A program made the position numbers and the translations under genes. This document shows positions 51,501 to 64,000 of a stretch of 64,000 nt of DNA, piece after piece; the first letter of the stretch is position 1, and each line of letters begins with the position of its first letter. Origin of the DNA: Tubulanus polymorphus (Eukaryota; Animalia; Nemertea); assembly GCF_964204645.1 (NCBI RefSeq), contig NC_134026.1, positions 29,484,150 to 29,548,149 of the forward strand. Reading direction: 5' to 3'. A model generated the notes under the pieces. It was given only the letters and a program-made list of their open reading frames with translations, was not told the origin of the DNA and did no database searches.

Positions 51501-53548
51501 TTTATATGGAAATCGATGAAATGAATGTATCTAATATATATCACGGTGGTTCTTATAGTTGTCACTTTTGAATTGCGATCAAAATGACACATTTCAAATT
51601 TCAGAATATGAAATATATGCGGTTATCTAAATGAAATAAACGGGGGAGAATCGTTATGGATTTTGTTGTGAATGCTTTAACTAAAGTTTAACTCCCTCGG
51701 GGTAAAATCCATGCGATATATGATCTTTAACATTAGCCGCCATTGGTCGTCAAGCCCAAGCTGCTAACTGAAGCAAAAATAGAGTCGAAAGCAACATTAC
51801 GGCCAACATGACGCAAGCGCTGTAAGTGTTTTCCCCACCGTCTCAGGTTTTTCATTGGTTCAGATTGATGCCATCTCGCGGTGGTCAGATTCACATTTTC
51901 AGAGGAAGCACACATCAGCTTGATTTATAAATGCGAACCTTTGCCCAACCCTGAGGTGTTGATTGTCTGTAGATTGGAAACAACGAGAGCAATAATTCCT
52001 GATTTGCCCAGTAATCAGAAACTAAACGTGACTGAACTCCAGTTGCCAACTTTCACGAATTACCAATTACAAACCAGTTTTCCGTCATCATAGACACAAT
52101 GACGAGCTATTTCCATCTTTTCGGGTGAACACGAGAACTTAAACAGCGACACGAGGTGTGATTTCCTAAGACAAGGTGTGAAATTGGCCTTTGGTAAGAC
52201 TATAGGATTTCAACTGCACAAACCTACGTCTAACCTTTCAGAAATTTTTGACTGTTACAAATATACAGAGTAAACATAAAATTGAGCAACTGAGCAAAGT
52301 GAAATTTTATTAAAAACTTTTCACAAATAGACTTTTAGATTTTGAGATCCGCCGTGGTAAAGCATTAACTGCATATTAATCACGTTACCGATTCTATCGC
52401 TCGTCGGGTTCAGCACTCATTTCATTTAGAGGAGTGATCATTGAAGAACTAGCAATCCGAATCAAAAGCACGCCTGAAGCGCGAAAAAAATCAGTGCATG
52501 ATTAGTTGTCTCATTGGTGAGCTGCTGGTGAAAATAAACATTGATGGAATCAGGAAGTTTTTAGCATTAATACCTTGGTTTCAATTATCTTCATGCCTCG
52601 TATAACGATTTATCTTGATATTGCCTGACGTTTAATTTGAAATGAAATTCTACCGCGTGAAACGAAACAAAATCGTTAATGGTCATTTTATATGAACCGA
52701 AAATCGAAAACCAGTGTGGCTGCTGTCGTCGGCAACTAGAGAATGAATGAGTAATGAGCCCGACTCGATCTAGACAGAGGTTTGTACATCTCAAATCAGA
52801 CAGTTTCTTGTCAAACAAAACGCCGTCAATTCTCTTGTCATTGTTGTTATTTCAAGAGGAAGAGATTTTCAGCGCGATGGTGAGTGTAGTTCCGCACTGT
52901 GTGATTCAGCTGTTTAGGAAATCAAGAAGTATTTGCGAATGTAATTTCATTTAATTGCCGGCAGGTATCATTCGAAAATTGAAACCCTACTAATTCCCGA
53001 TCAAATAAGCCACAGTCCCACGTATATTTCAACAAGATTTGTTTAGGAAAGGTACGTCATCAGGGAGAGAATATAATAGAACGTGCCGTATTGGAAGATA
53101 TGATCCAACCTGTATCGAATGTATAATGATTAATGCAGGAAACTCTCAATCGAATCTAACCTGGGTCTAGATTGGTTAAATGAGCAAACGTAAATCAAAG
53201 CTTTATCTTCAAATTAACATCGTTATTATTTTCTGAATACGAAGCACGTTTCATATTTACATATGGATACACACTGAGCCACGCGGTTCCAGATTCACCT
53301 CTAATTCTTGTTTCATAAAATATGACACAATCGGATATGAAGAATTGTTTGTGCTCTCCAGTTCCTTCATTTTCAAGGGTTTGCAAATCTACCCCACTAC
53401 TTACATATTCTACCAAATTCACTCCTGGCATATTCCATGTCTTATATTTTCAGACTTGGCATTTTCAGTACCTGGCATTTTCAGCATTCTCTTGTACCCC
53501 GAGCTGTAGTCGTATGTTTTTCACATGCATTATACCGCGTTAGTAGTT

Positions 53549-53970
53549 AAGTACGGAAGCGATAAGGGGCCTCGAGATGTCGCGTTCCAACTCGACAAGT
53601 CGTCATATTTATGTCGACATACCGCGATATATCGCGTCAAGTGGACATGAATATGTCGATATATCGTGACGTTTGGACGACATATTTCGTTTTCACGACC
53701 ATTTTCCTCGCGACAAGTCGACATATTCATGACGACTTGAAACTCAGTCGTCATATCACTGGCGTCCTCGTCTTACATTTAGACGTGTCTTCAGATGACT
53801 TCTTGTCCCGTGGAAAATGGGCGAAAAAGTGAAATTTGTCGTGAAAACGTCACGATATATCGACATATTCATGTCGACGTGACGTGATATATCGCGATAT
53901 GTCGACATAAATATGGCGACTTGTCGAGTTGGAACGCGACATCTCGAGGCCCCTTATCGCTTCCGTAGTT
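53549..53970. mobile_element. Fold-back MITE with TIRs over 120 bp
   Basis: TACGGAAGCGATAAGGGGCCTCGAGATGTCGCGTTCCAACTCGACAAGTCG... mirrored by ...CGACTTGTCGAGTTGGAACGCGACATCTCGAGGCCCCTTATCGCTTCCGTA. Confidence 0.88.
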
Positions 53971-56123
53971 AGGGACCCCTAACTACCCGCGTATCATATG
54001 AAGACTAGATCAAACACAATGAAACCAACTAAAATAATCACTTATGTTTTGTGTAAATTGGAACATGTTACGTGCCGGTCGTTTCCTTCCGATTGTTTCA
54101 TGAATGGCCAACATCTAAAACGCCCATCCATTAGCTATGTTAGATCCAGTCTATCGAAGGATTTAATTTCACATTTTTATTGTATATCATTTTCATCGAA
54201 AAATCTTCAACCTCACATTTCAACGAGCTTTATTCTTCTTTGTTTGAATGTGTTAGTATGTGAAAAATATCTGCTTGTGTAAACAAATTGACGCATTTCG
54301 GCTTGTATTTGACTGGATATACGTGCACATACATAGCATCTCTAGGGGTGATCGGTAGGGCGCTAATATGCCGGTATGTAACGCAGGGATTGTCTGAGTG
54401 ATTGGATGAATGATACGGGATCAGCAACGTCTAATTCAAACTCATCTACGATCTTCCACATTTTGCGCAAAGCGAATGATTCTTCAATCTTAGATGTCAG
54501 CTCGTATACATCAGTAGTGTGATTGCAGACGCGGTGTGGTGATGTCCACAAGCTTCCATCGCTCTGACCGTTCCTTCATTCAACGACGCACAATCAGCTT
54601 TTTCCATAAACACCACAGAAACCGACGGGTTCCCAATTACAGTGAATCAAATCAATGCGCGAGAATAAGATATTTGTGAGGATGTAGAAAAAAGTATTCG
54701 TTTCCCTTTAAAAATAGAATGTCAAAAGCTGTAGCAGTTAAAGATAAATCCATCGTTCCACGCTTTCCGGAAAATAAAGTCATAATTTTTAGAAGATGCT
54801 ACTTTAGTCGTTTGGAGGAGCGTGATAATAAATTAGTCTCACGAGATTAATTGACCGTGTGATCTACACTGAAGAACTGTTTCTCCCTCAGTGACTACCT
54901 CACAACCGTACGAACGGAAGCGCGAGGAAAAGATAATTTGCTATCGTGCATTTTCTTCTGTAAAGCGAAATATAGATATTCAATTCATTAGTAATAACCA
55001 CACGAATCTGCGCATACAACAGATATACACATGTATTCTTTGAAGTTGAAGTAGGTAAAATGGTGTCATCACTTCTCCCAACGATCTAAAACGTTCTGTA
55101 CTTTGTTTGAGCTTAAGATGAGGATTACTTTAACAGAACTTTGCGAGAAATTTCTCCATTTCAAATGGAAGTTAAAGATCTATATAAGGCGCTTATAATG
55201 TACACACGTACTTCAATTTAGATTATGTTCGATGCAGAATCAAAACATTAGAATTCCTTAATCACTCAGGAGGATGTAGAAGATGTTATAAAGTTTTTAA
55301 ACTGGTCTAGCACTAAGACATTATCAATACGTGATATGCCTCTGGAAGAACCCTGTTCCCCTAAATCATTCATGCATGAGTTTATCTTTCATCCGAAGTT
55401 AGTCATGAATTAACCATATAATATTCGTTCGCTTATGGCGTTTAGACGACAAAATCTAAATACGCATATAAAGAGATAAAGAGAAGAAAAATTACTAGTT
55501 GATGGCGCTATCTGTTTGCAGTGGATTTGGCATAATTTTCTAATCTAGTTACACTGGGAAATTATACGATGCTCATTTTCTAGTCGCACACAAATATCCC
55601 CCAATGGGCAACACTGATCCAGACCATTATCACGTTCCCTGATATATGTGTATATGATATTTCATTAGACCCGAGGCTTCTCAATCCGGGACAGCTACGT
55701 ACGGCTATATTCTATAATTTGTATTAAAATTGACTGATATTTTTTAACGTTAATCTAGAAGATGTCATGAATTCGATTAACATGCAAATGCATGCATTTA
55801 TTCATAACCAACGAACGTGTACCAAAGAATTTTGTTAGTGAACTGGATAATTACATTTTGATTGATCTCATTAGAAAAACCTTTCACAGCTTTCACAAAC
55901 TGTCTTTTTCCGTCAAGCAGTTATATTTGGCTGTGTGCGAGACCCGGGTTCGAGCCCGGTTCGGTCCTGTAATTCGGTCACCATCACGCCTTGATACTCG
56001 TTACCCATAAAACCTCTATATTTTTCACCAAACGTAATTACAATTGAAGTTAAATTATGATGAAAATGGAAAGAGTCATTTTACTATCTCACTGATAAAA
56101 TAACGTTTTATTTCAGTTTAAAC

Positions 56124-57482
56124 ATGAGGTGTGAAGTATTGACATCCATTTTACTACTGACGACGTTAGAAGTGTTCCAGCCATACTCTATTTTAGCTAA
56201 AGGTAAGACACATAGTTAAAAACGTAGAATAGGTAACCATGATTTAGTGAATATGTTTCATAACTTATTTTTCTTGTGAAATTAGAAGATGAGAATATCA
56301 GTAAAAGACCATTTGGTCGCTTAAGTGGGCTGCGCAAAAGATTGGTGGATGAAATGGAAGAATCGAGTAGCGATGATGATAAAAGATCTAATCATTGGTA
56401 TCCTCAAGATGTGATAGATAGGTAAGTTCTGTAGGGATAAGACTGCAGTGATAACTAGAAATGTCTGTCAGTCGCTATGTAAAGTGTCGTGATTGCATTA
56501 CAGATTGTCTTACCGAATCATGTTGAAAAGAAATAATGCAGAGGAACAAAATGATGAAATTAACAAGCGGCCATTCGGTGGTATAACCAGAGGTTTTAAA
56601 AGAAATGATGAAAAAAGACCGTTTGGGCCGATCACCGATAAGCGACCATTTGGACCGATTACGGATAAGAGACCATTTGGACCGATCAGTTATGCTGATA
56701 AAAGGCCATTTGGACCGATCAGTTATGCCGATAAAAGGCCATTTGGGCCGATGACGAATAAGAGACCATTTGGACCGATCAGTTATGCTGATAAAAGACC
56801 ATTTGGGCCGTTTACAGATAAGAGACCATTTGGGCCGATCACGGATAAGAGACCATTTGGGCCGATCACGGATAAGAGACCATTCGGGCCGATTACGGAT
56901 AAGAGACCATTTGGGCCGATCACGGATAAGAGACCATTCGGGCCGATTACGGATAAGAGACCATTTGGGCCGATCACGGATAAGAGACCATTTGGGCCGA
57001 TCACGGATAAGAGACCATTTGGGCCGATCAGTTATGCTGATAAGAGACCATTTGGGCCGATCAGTTATGCTGATAAGAGACCATTTGGGTCGATCAGTTA
57101 TCCCGATAAGAGACCATTCGGACCGATCACAAGTCGTGCGAAGAAGCCCTTTGGACCAATTGGTCACGCAGCGAAGCGTCCATTTGGACCCATAACTGAT
57201 AGCAATAATAAACGGCCATTCGGTCCAATTTATGAAGCGAGTAAACGACCTTTCGGATCATTTTCGAGAAATCTAGCAAAACGATCTGGTTATGAAACTG
57301 GTCGCTTTAAGAGACCGTTTGGGTCGGTCACAAGAAGCAACGCGCAAAAACGACCGTTTGGATCTTCTACTAGACTCGATAAAAGACCATTTGCACCAAT
57401 AAATTACGCAGATAAAAGACCATTCGGTCCGATCACTAGGTGGCGCAAGAACGACGACATGAATAGTCCTTTATATTATTAA
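56124..57482 (+). CDS. Multi-copy neuropeptide precursor (PFG-peptides), about 397 aa
   Basis: Exons 56124-56202 (signal peptide MRCEVLTSILLLTTLEVFQPYSILA), 56286-56421 and 56504-57482 join in phase; about 28 peptides starting PFG/PFA flanked by dibasic sites (9x PFGPITD, 5x PFGPISYAD); acidic spacers. Confidence 0.92.
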
Positions 57483-58432
57483 AGATACGTTATACCGGTA
57501 TATACTGCAGGGCGGGTTTATGCCACGCGGCTCTCAACATAAGACAGATTGCAGTAAAATCGCATTTTAGAACATAAATTTGAAAATGCAATGGAATTCT
57601 AACGCATAAGTCGCCCACAGGATTATAAACTGATTTTGTTTGTTCATTTTTTTGAAGTTATCGTGAATGTAGTTGCAATTCATGAACATTTTATCGGCAA
57701 AATCAAGAATACATCTACATTTATTTAGGTTGAATGAGTGAATATAAGAGTGGACGAAAAGCTCGTTACAGGTCATCGAATAACCAACCTATAAAACATA
57801 TATGCCATTCGAATTGATGTGAGAATTTTATTTGCAGAAATGAAAATAAACGTGTTGATGAACAGAAACTACGATTTTATTTCCTACTATTACTGCAGGA
57901 AGGATCCCCGTTTAGTGTGTTCGCAATAAGTCACGAATTATACCTACCTCCAAGATATCGAATAGATACTGACCAGCTCCGTATCGCTAAATGAGTGAAT
58001 CTTAAGAAAATAATGAACCGGACAAAGAACGAAAAACAGCCGCATCGTCAGCGCAAAGCTCTGTGAAAGGGCATTCATACACGATTTCTTCATCATGAAT
58101 AAAAATATATTTCCGTTCGATAATAATTTTCTAATTTCAGAATATTTCCAGCTGCTAATATATCATAAACGACGCCGATCTGTGCTTATTATTAAATTAA
58201 CACATGCAGTTTTTATGTATAAAACATGTTCCAGCTACAACTGAGTTCTGGTTATACGCGCAACTGTGAAAATTCATTAATGTTAATATAGATGTTTTGC
58301 ACTGAATATCTCATCGTCCAATAAAAAAGCTCCATTGAATTTGGTGGTAACTGAATTCCACTGCTAATAATACTTCCGGGAATAGTATCAATCAACTCCT
58401 GTCGCGTTAACATCTTAATTAAAATTATGTGT

Positions 58433-58498
58433 GTATAAAAGGAGCATCGAATCTAGAGTTTTTCAGAGTCGAGTGTTCGCATTCAACAGACTTTACAG
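58433..58498 (+). promoter_or_regulatory. TATA box and non-coding first exon of the astacin gene
   Basis: GTATAAAAGG at 58433; donor CAG|GTAAGT at 58498. Confidence 0.55.
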
Positions 58499-58765
58499 GT
58501 AAGTGGCTGGCCGCGGTAAGTAGAGTGAAGTGAAAAGTTTGCTATTTGTGTCTGAGTACTTACTTATCTTGCTTCCGCGTATCCTGAAATTCTTCACCGG
58601 ATAGCACTGACAGGATACTTGGTGTAGATATCGAATTTCTCTAGGTGCGGCGTGTGGTCTTTCTGGCAAAAAATCGCACGCATTCGCAATATAACGCGTT
58701 TGTTTCATTCTGATTTTACAATATATATTTCAGTTTTTTTACATCGTAGGGTGTCAACAGCAACC

Positions 58766-60817
58766 ATGAAGATGTTAGCATTGATTTCGATGATGCTGGT
58801 AACAGCAGTCCACTCATTACCTATTCCACCTCCAGGCGGTTCCAACGGTATAATTAGCTTTATATATACCCACTTGTTAACTGAACATTGCCGATTTTAC
58901 TCGACATGTTTTGTGTGTTGTATCGTATCGTCTGCTCTTTTTTGCACACATATAGCTATCCGGTTGAGCCACCGCGAACCCAAATCACATTGATCGTGGA
59001 TGAATTAAACCAGTATCAATGACCGACCCCGGTACAATAAAAAGACTTCTTCCTTTTATACAGGGATCCACTAAGGTGTGTCATTGATACTGGTTTCTAT
59101 CCGTTCACTATCAAATGTGACAAGTATCTGTGGTTTGAACTGGTGCAAACGTTTAGTTGAAAACAATAACGTGGCCCCGAAAACAATCTGTTTACCAATC
59201 AGAAAAAAACGGAAGATATTAGACATAAACATGTTTTCTGGTCTCCTTGTAAAAAACAACTGGCAGTTTAAGAAGGCTAAGTGACATTCTTGTGATGGAG
59301 ATAGTAGACATACTCAAATGAAAGGAGTGAATCTAGAATGCGATTTCCATTCGTTTCAAGTAAAATCCCTTTTCAAATGCATATTATGTTTTGTAGTTGG
59401 ACTATCGGACCACATCTTGTCTTATATTTATGATCACACTTTTTTTCTGGAACGAATTCAGATGTAATTTATGTTGGCAGGTACCATCGAAAAACGGGCT
59501 GCTCTCTACACCGATCATCTAAATTGGACTCGATCAGATCTACCGATTAAAATATATTATTTGACTACATTAAGTACGTAGGTGTAATTCTGATATACAT
59601 GTTAAACCAATTTCACTACAACGATAATTTATACATAATTCTAGGTTACTTCACGAAAGATGATATACTTAACGCAGTCGCCGAATTTAATGCACAAATC
59701 GGATGCAAATACAACACCACAACCACAACAGGAAAGGGAAAACATCGAAAAACAGTTACAACAGAACATAGTTTGAACATATTGGACACAACACTAGAAC
59801 CAGCACCTCAATATGCATCTGACCTATCATGGCCTTCTATAATTGTATTTGCGCTCGACCAAACCGGGTAATTTACCAAACATGTAGACATTAAAACATA
59901 CGACGGTTTTTTATATGCATCTCAATCCATTCCAGAGAGTGCTCAGCGGGTATAGGAAAAGAAGACCAGACCGCAAACTTGCCCGCGACACCAATTTGGC
60001 TGTATCCGGATTGTTTAAATAATCAGACAACTCGAACTGGGACGATCTTCCACGAAATCATGCATGCACTAAGTATTGATCGAGTTTTCAATTTAGATCT
60101 ATGATATCGATTTTTGTGATTAACCATTATAAAATAGTCTTTTGAGTAAGGACAGGCCCTGATGTTTAAGCAGTTTGCTCAGAAATGAAGACTTACTGAT
60201 AAAACATTTTTGTATCTCGTTACGGGTTCTTTTTTCAAATAGATTTTGCCCACGAACATCAAAGAAGCGACCGTGATAACTATATTGAGTTCTTTAATAA
60301 GGACGACAACACTGTAGTAGATCGTAAGTAGAGGTTACGGCGAGAGTTCAGCATAATTAACGAAATCAAACCGTTATTATAATCAGACATCGTGTCGGAA
60401 ATGAGAAAATTCTGTTTATAACTTCAGCGAATATTTTTAATGACGCCGACAATGAAGCACTAGACACGATCAACTTTGGCAGTTACGATTATGATAGTAA
60501 TATGCACTATGATAATCTAGCGGGTTTCGGTATAAGACGAAAAGATGACCACAATTACCCTCTCGGTAGAAGAGGTGATTTAACAGACCTTGAAATCAGT
60601 GCTGTGCGACAATATTTCCAATGTAGTAAGTCCAGCAGAATAGATGAATTCATATTACATGTCATTTTAGACCTTGAACCAATTATATATTTCTCGCAAA
60701 ACTGATAAATTCTGCGCCCGAGTGAATGATTACCTTAATCGAGCCAATACGGATATTTATTTCACATTAAAAGATCGTATAAGAAATCGTCTTTTCTACT
60801 TTACAGATAGCGAGTAA
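58766..60817 (+). CDS. Secreted astacin-family (M12A) zinc metalloprotease, catalytic domain only
   Basis: Signal peptide MKMLALISMMLVTAVHS; spliced exons give KR|[47 protein letters not shown] (Met-turn), LGRRGDLTDLEISAVRQYFQC; stop at 60815-60817. Confidence 0.88.
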
Positions 60818-61118
60818 TACAACAGACAACTGAATTCTTCATTCATTCGGAAACGACTTACGTAAAAACACTTTGTACAAAATAGGCCTATACATGTACT
60901 AGATAACGATACGAATAAAACATACCGGTATTAGAATAGAATACTATATGCGTACTTAAAGAGTCATGAATCTGGTGGAAATAATCAAATGAGGAAAATT
61001 CGCGGATCCAAAGCCGAGGAATTTCATTAATTTCAATGTGGATATAACATCAATCTTATAATTAGATAACGACGTTTTTGGCTCGAGATTAGCTTCATGA
61101 AATTCGCTAGTTTAGGTT

Positions 61119-61287
61119 CAGGGGCGGATCAAGGATGGAAGGGTGGCTCACCTCGTTTTGAAAATGTAGGTACATTTTCAAGCACTTACAGCGCATAATA
61201 ATAGGTCAAGATCAGTACAGAGGAAAAGAAGCTATCAAGCGGACTTTGAGGATGGCACTGGAGTCAGAAAAGGGGGATCCGTCACTG
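61119..61287. mobile_element. Small MITE with CAGGGGCGGATC-type TIRs
   Basis: CAGGGGCGGATC ... GATCCGTCACTG, with AGGTT directly repeated on both sides. Confidence 0.55.
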
Positions 61288-61614
61288 AGGTTGGAGAGAT
61301 ATGGATCATACAGCATGACAACTTCAGTTGTTCACAGTGGATACAAATAAAAAAGTTGTCAAAAAAGATTCCATAGCATTCCATCGGATTCGCATATCAA
61401 GACTGCAGGGAAAAACAATCTCCTTCTCTACTTTTCAAAATGACACATTTTTGTAGCACGATCTTTCGTCATTATCAAACCTTTTGGAAATACGCTGTTA
61501 TTGACTTCAAACACGTGTTAAATATGCTGAGATTGTGAGTTTATTCAACTTGTATTGAATCTTTTTTCTTTAGATTAAATCCACTTTATTATTACATTGA
61601 CGATTTCATTGCTG

Positions 61615-63927
61615 TCACGTTTTCGATGTTGGAGTCTCCGATGTCTTTTTCGAATCTAGAAATCGTTGAAACGACTTTTCATCAGTTGGTTCTTCATCAT
61701 CTGTAAAAATATGATTAAACTAATGTTGAAACATTTAACATGCAAAAATATTGCAAAAATAGATGTCCAGACAAACGACTCGATCCAGATCAATTTGGAC
61801 TGATAAAATTAATCATGTTTGAGAAAATCCGAATTATACATTAATTATCAAACACTTTTGGATAGAAGATGGAGAATGAATAATGAATATATGGAGATTA
61901 AAGTGGGTTTAACTGTATTTGTTACCATCATTTAGATGTATCTCATCATCACTATCAGACTCATTAGCTGCGTTAGGGTTCAGAACTACACCGGATGGAA
62001 GATGTTCGCTATACATCTGTGACACTATTTCAAAGATACATAAATATGGATGAAAACAAATTCTGACAGATGCAGAGAACGGAACCGATGATAAATCCTT
62101 ACTGGACGGAGCGAGATTTTCACTGCCAACATCCAATTTCAAACGCTCTAACTGTTTTTCTTGTTCACGTAAAATTTCTTCGGCTTTTTCGCGTTTGAGT
62201 TGTTCATACTGTGGTCTATATTCGCTAGACAAAGACAAGAAAACAAATATTGAACAATCGTGGTAAATCGCAATCAGGGTTCCTACCCATCGGCTATCCA
62301 TGGATATAAGGAGTTTTCGGGGAAGTTTTACAGGAGAAAATTAAATATTTCTAGGAAGTGACTGCATCACTTTCATATTGAATTACTGTACTCCTTCTAA
62401 ATCAATACTGCTTATTTTGATAAACCGTTAATTCGGTGGTTTTCTATAAAGAAATCTTTATCGTTTACACATCGAAACATGGTTTATAATTTGGTCACCG
62501 CCTAATTGCATAAAGAATCGATTTAGTTGTAGTAGTTTACCATACAACTACAAACATTTCTAATTGCCTATTTCTCAAAAAAAGAGTTTTAAAGGAGTTT
62601 TGGGTATTCTACTCTAAGTAAAGGAGTTAAGAGCTCAGAATAGAATGCATTTTCTGTTTGGCAGTAGTTTTTAAGGAATGAAGGAGTCGTAGGGAGCTTG
62701 TCAATTCAAACAGAACGATTACGAAAAATACATACGTTTCATATTCGCGGGCGGCATCATCAATTGCTTGGAAAAATTCCGGCAAACCATCTCCCGTTAT
62801 AGCTGAAACACCGACCGTCTAAAAGCATCACCACAAAACTTTCTTTATCATTTCTAGTCATTGATATGAACGTAATATATCATCCTGGGTCCTGTAGCTC
62901 AAAAGTTGGTTAGAGTTTACCAGTGGATAGTTGATATAGTGACAATTGAAAGTTCATTGTTACGACGGTATTTGGTATTTATCCCCCGGTTAATATTGAA
63001 CCAACTTTTGAGCAACTGCCGCCCTGTGTTCGTGTATGAAATACTTACTCGGAGATTTTCATAGAATTCGTCAAGAACTAGACTCATCGAACGAGTTAAA
63101 TTTGATACGTATGACGTTTCATGTTGCAGCGCATCTTGAAACGCTTCGAAATCATTCATCCATTCAACAGCAAAACTATGATCAACGATATCAGTCTGTA
63201 AAATACAATAATCATCAAAATCTATAGGATTAAACTAGTAAATCTAAGAAGAGAATAGTCATGTCTCTAAAGCATGGCACACAAACTGGTAGGTCTCTTT
63301 CTCTTTTGTTTATCGCAAAATGATTAGCATTAAAAAATTGTTCTTTTCGATTATTACATTTGACACTGAAAAAAGTTCAATCTTACCTTATTTAAAACAA
63401 TAATAAAAGGCAATTTGGCTTTGTAAAGAATACTACAGGCGTATAACATATTCGACATGAAGGTGACTGGGTTAACACTTCGAGGCGTATCCATTACATA
63501 CACAATAACCGTCGGGAAGGTTGATGCCTGAACAAAAACACAGCAAAATCTAGTTAAATAACTATTACTAAACAAGACTTAATACACTCTTTATGGAAGC
63601 AAACGTTTGTTGATTTTCAACCTCACTTCTACATGAGTGAGAAGTGGCAATTCATTACCCGCCACATTCTTAAAACCAAGGATAACTGTGCACTTGATGA
63701 ATGGCTCCTAAATAGAACCAACGAATAATTCAATACTCACCAACGTTTCGGTGATAATGCTTCCAGAAGCTGACCACGTGAAAACTTCAATCTGTCCAGG
63801 GGTATCCAGTATAACATATCTGTATCACAATATGAAATCTGTTGTATCATCTATTGCATGGAATAGTACACTTAACAAAACAACTTACTTGCATTCGCGA
63901 GACCGCTTCTCCAGAAAACTCAAAACC
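61615..63927 (-). CDS. GPN1: GPN-loop GTPase 1 (XAB1/Npa3), 3' exons; the 5' part lies beyond the window
   Basis: Exons encode [114 protein letters not shown]; acidic tail; TGA at 61617-61615. Confidence 0.95.
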
Positions 63928-64000
63928 TGATACCATATGAAACAAGAAAATCGTTAGAAAAAGAAAAACAAATTTTACAGTTAAAGTGAGTTTCACAGAT

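Noticed and set aside
56475-57195. Alternative-frame and antisense repetitive ORFs over the neuropeptide gene
   Set aside because: Shadows of the 27/33-nt coding repeat; only the KR-PFG frame has a signal peptide and spliced exons.

Overview
Eukaryotic genomic DNA: AT-rich, GT-AG spliceosomal introns, probably an invertebrate animal (a lophotrochozoan is my guess, not shown). The window has two halves. (1) About 1-41.7 kb is a repeat and mobile-element zone. It holds many tandem arrays, some nested (59-bp > 153-bp > 159-bp), MITEs and SINE remnants, and orphan minus-strand exons. It also holds an apparently intact 9.7-kb CACTA/EnSpm (CMC) DNA transposon at 27556-37296, with perfect 20-bp TIRs and a TA target duplication. 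This element encodes an 843-aa C2H2-finger DDE transposase and a 15-exon second gene whose N-terminus looks like a CIDE-N domain and whose middle is built from tandemly duplicated exons. The zone is punctuated by three near-identical 51-bp direct repeats (46, 27380, 41298). These form the left arm of an imperfect hairpin (CATCCTCG..CCAGG / CTTGAC..GAAGATG) that resembles a recombination site. (2) About 44-64 kb is ordinary gene space: an uncharacterised Pro/Ser-rich gene, a 397-aa neuropeptide precursor with about 28 PFG-peptides, an atypical astacin metalloprotease, and the 3' part of GPN1. All calls were made by eye, with no database searches.
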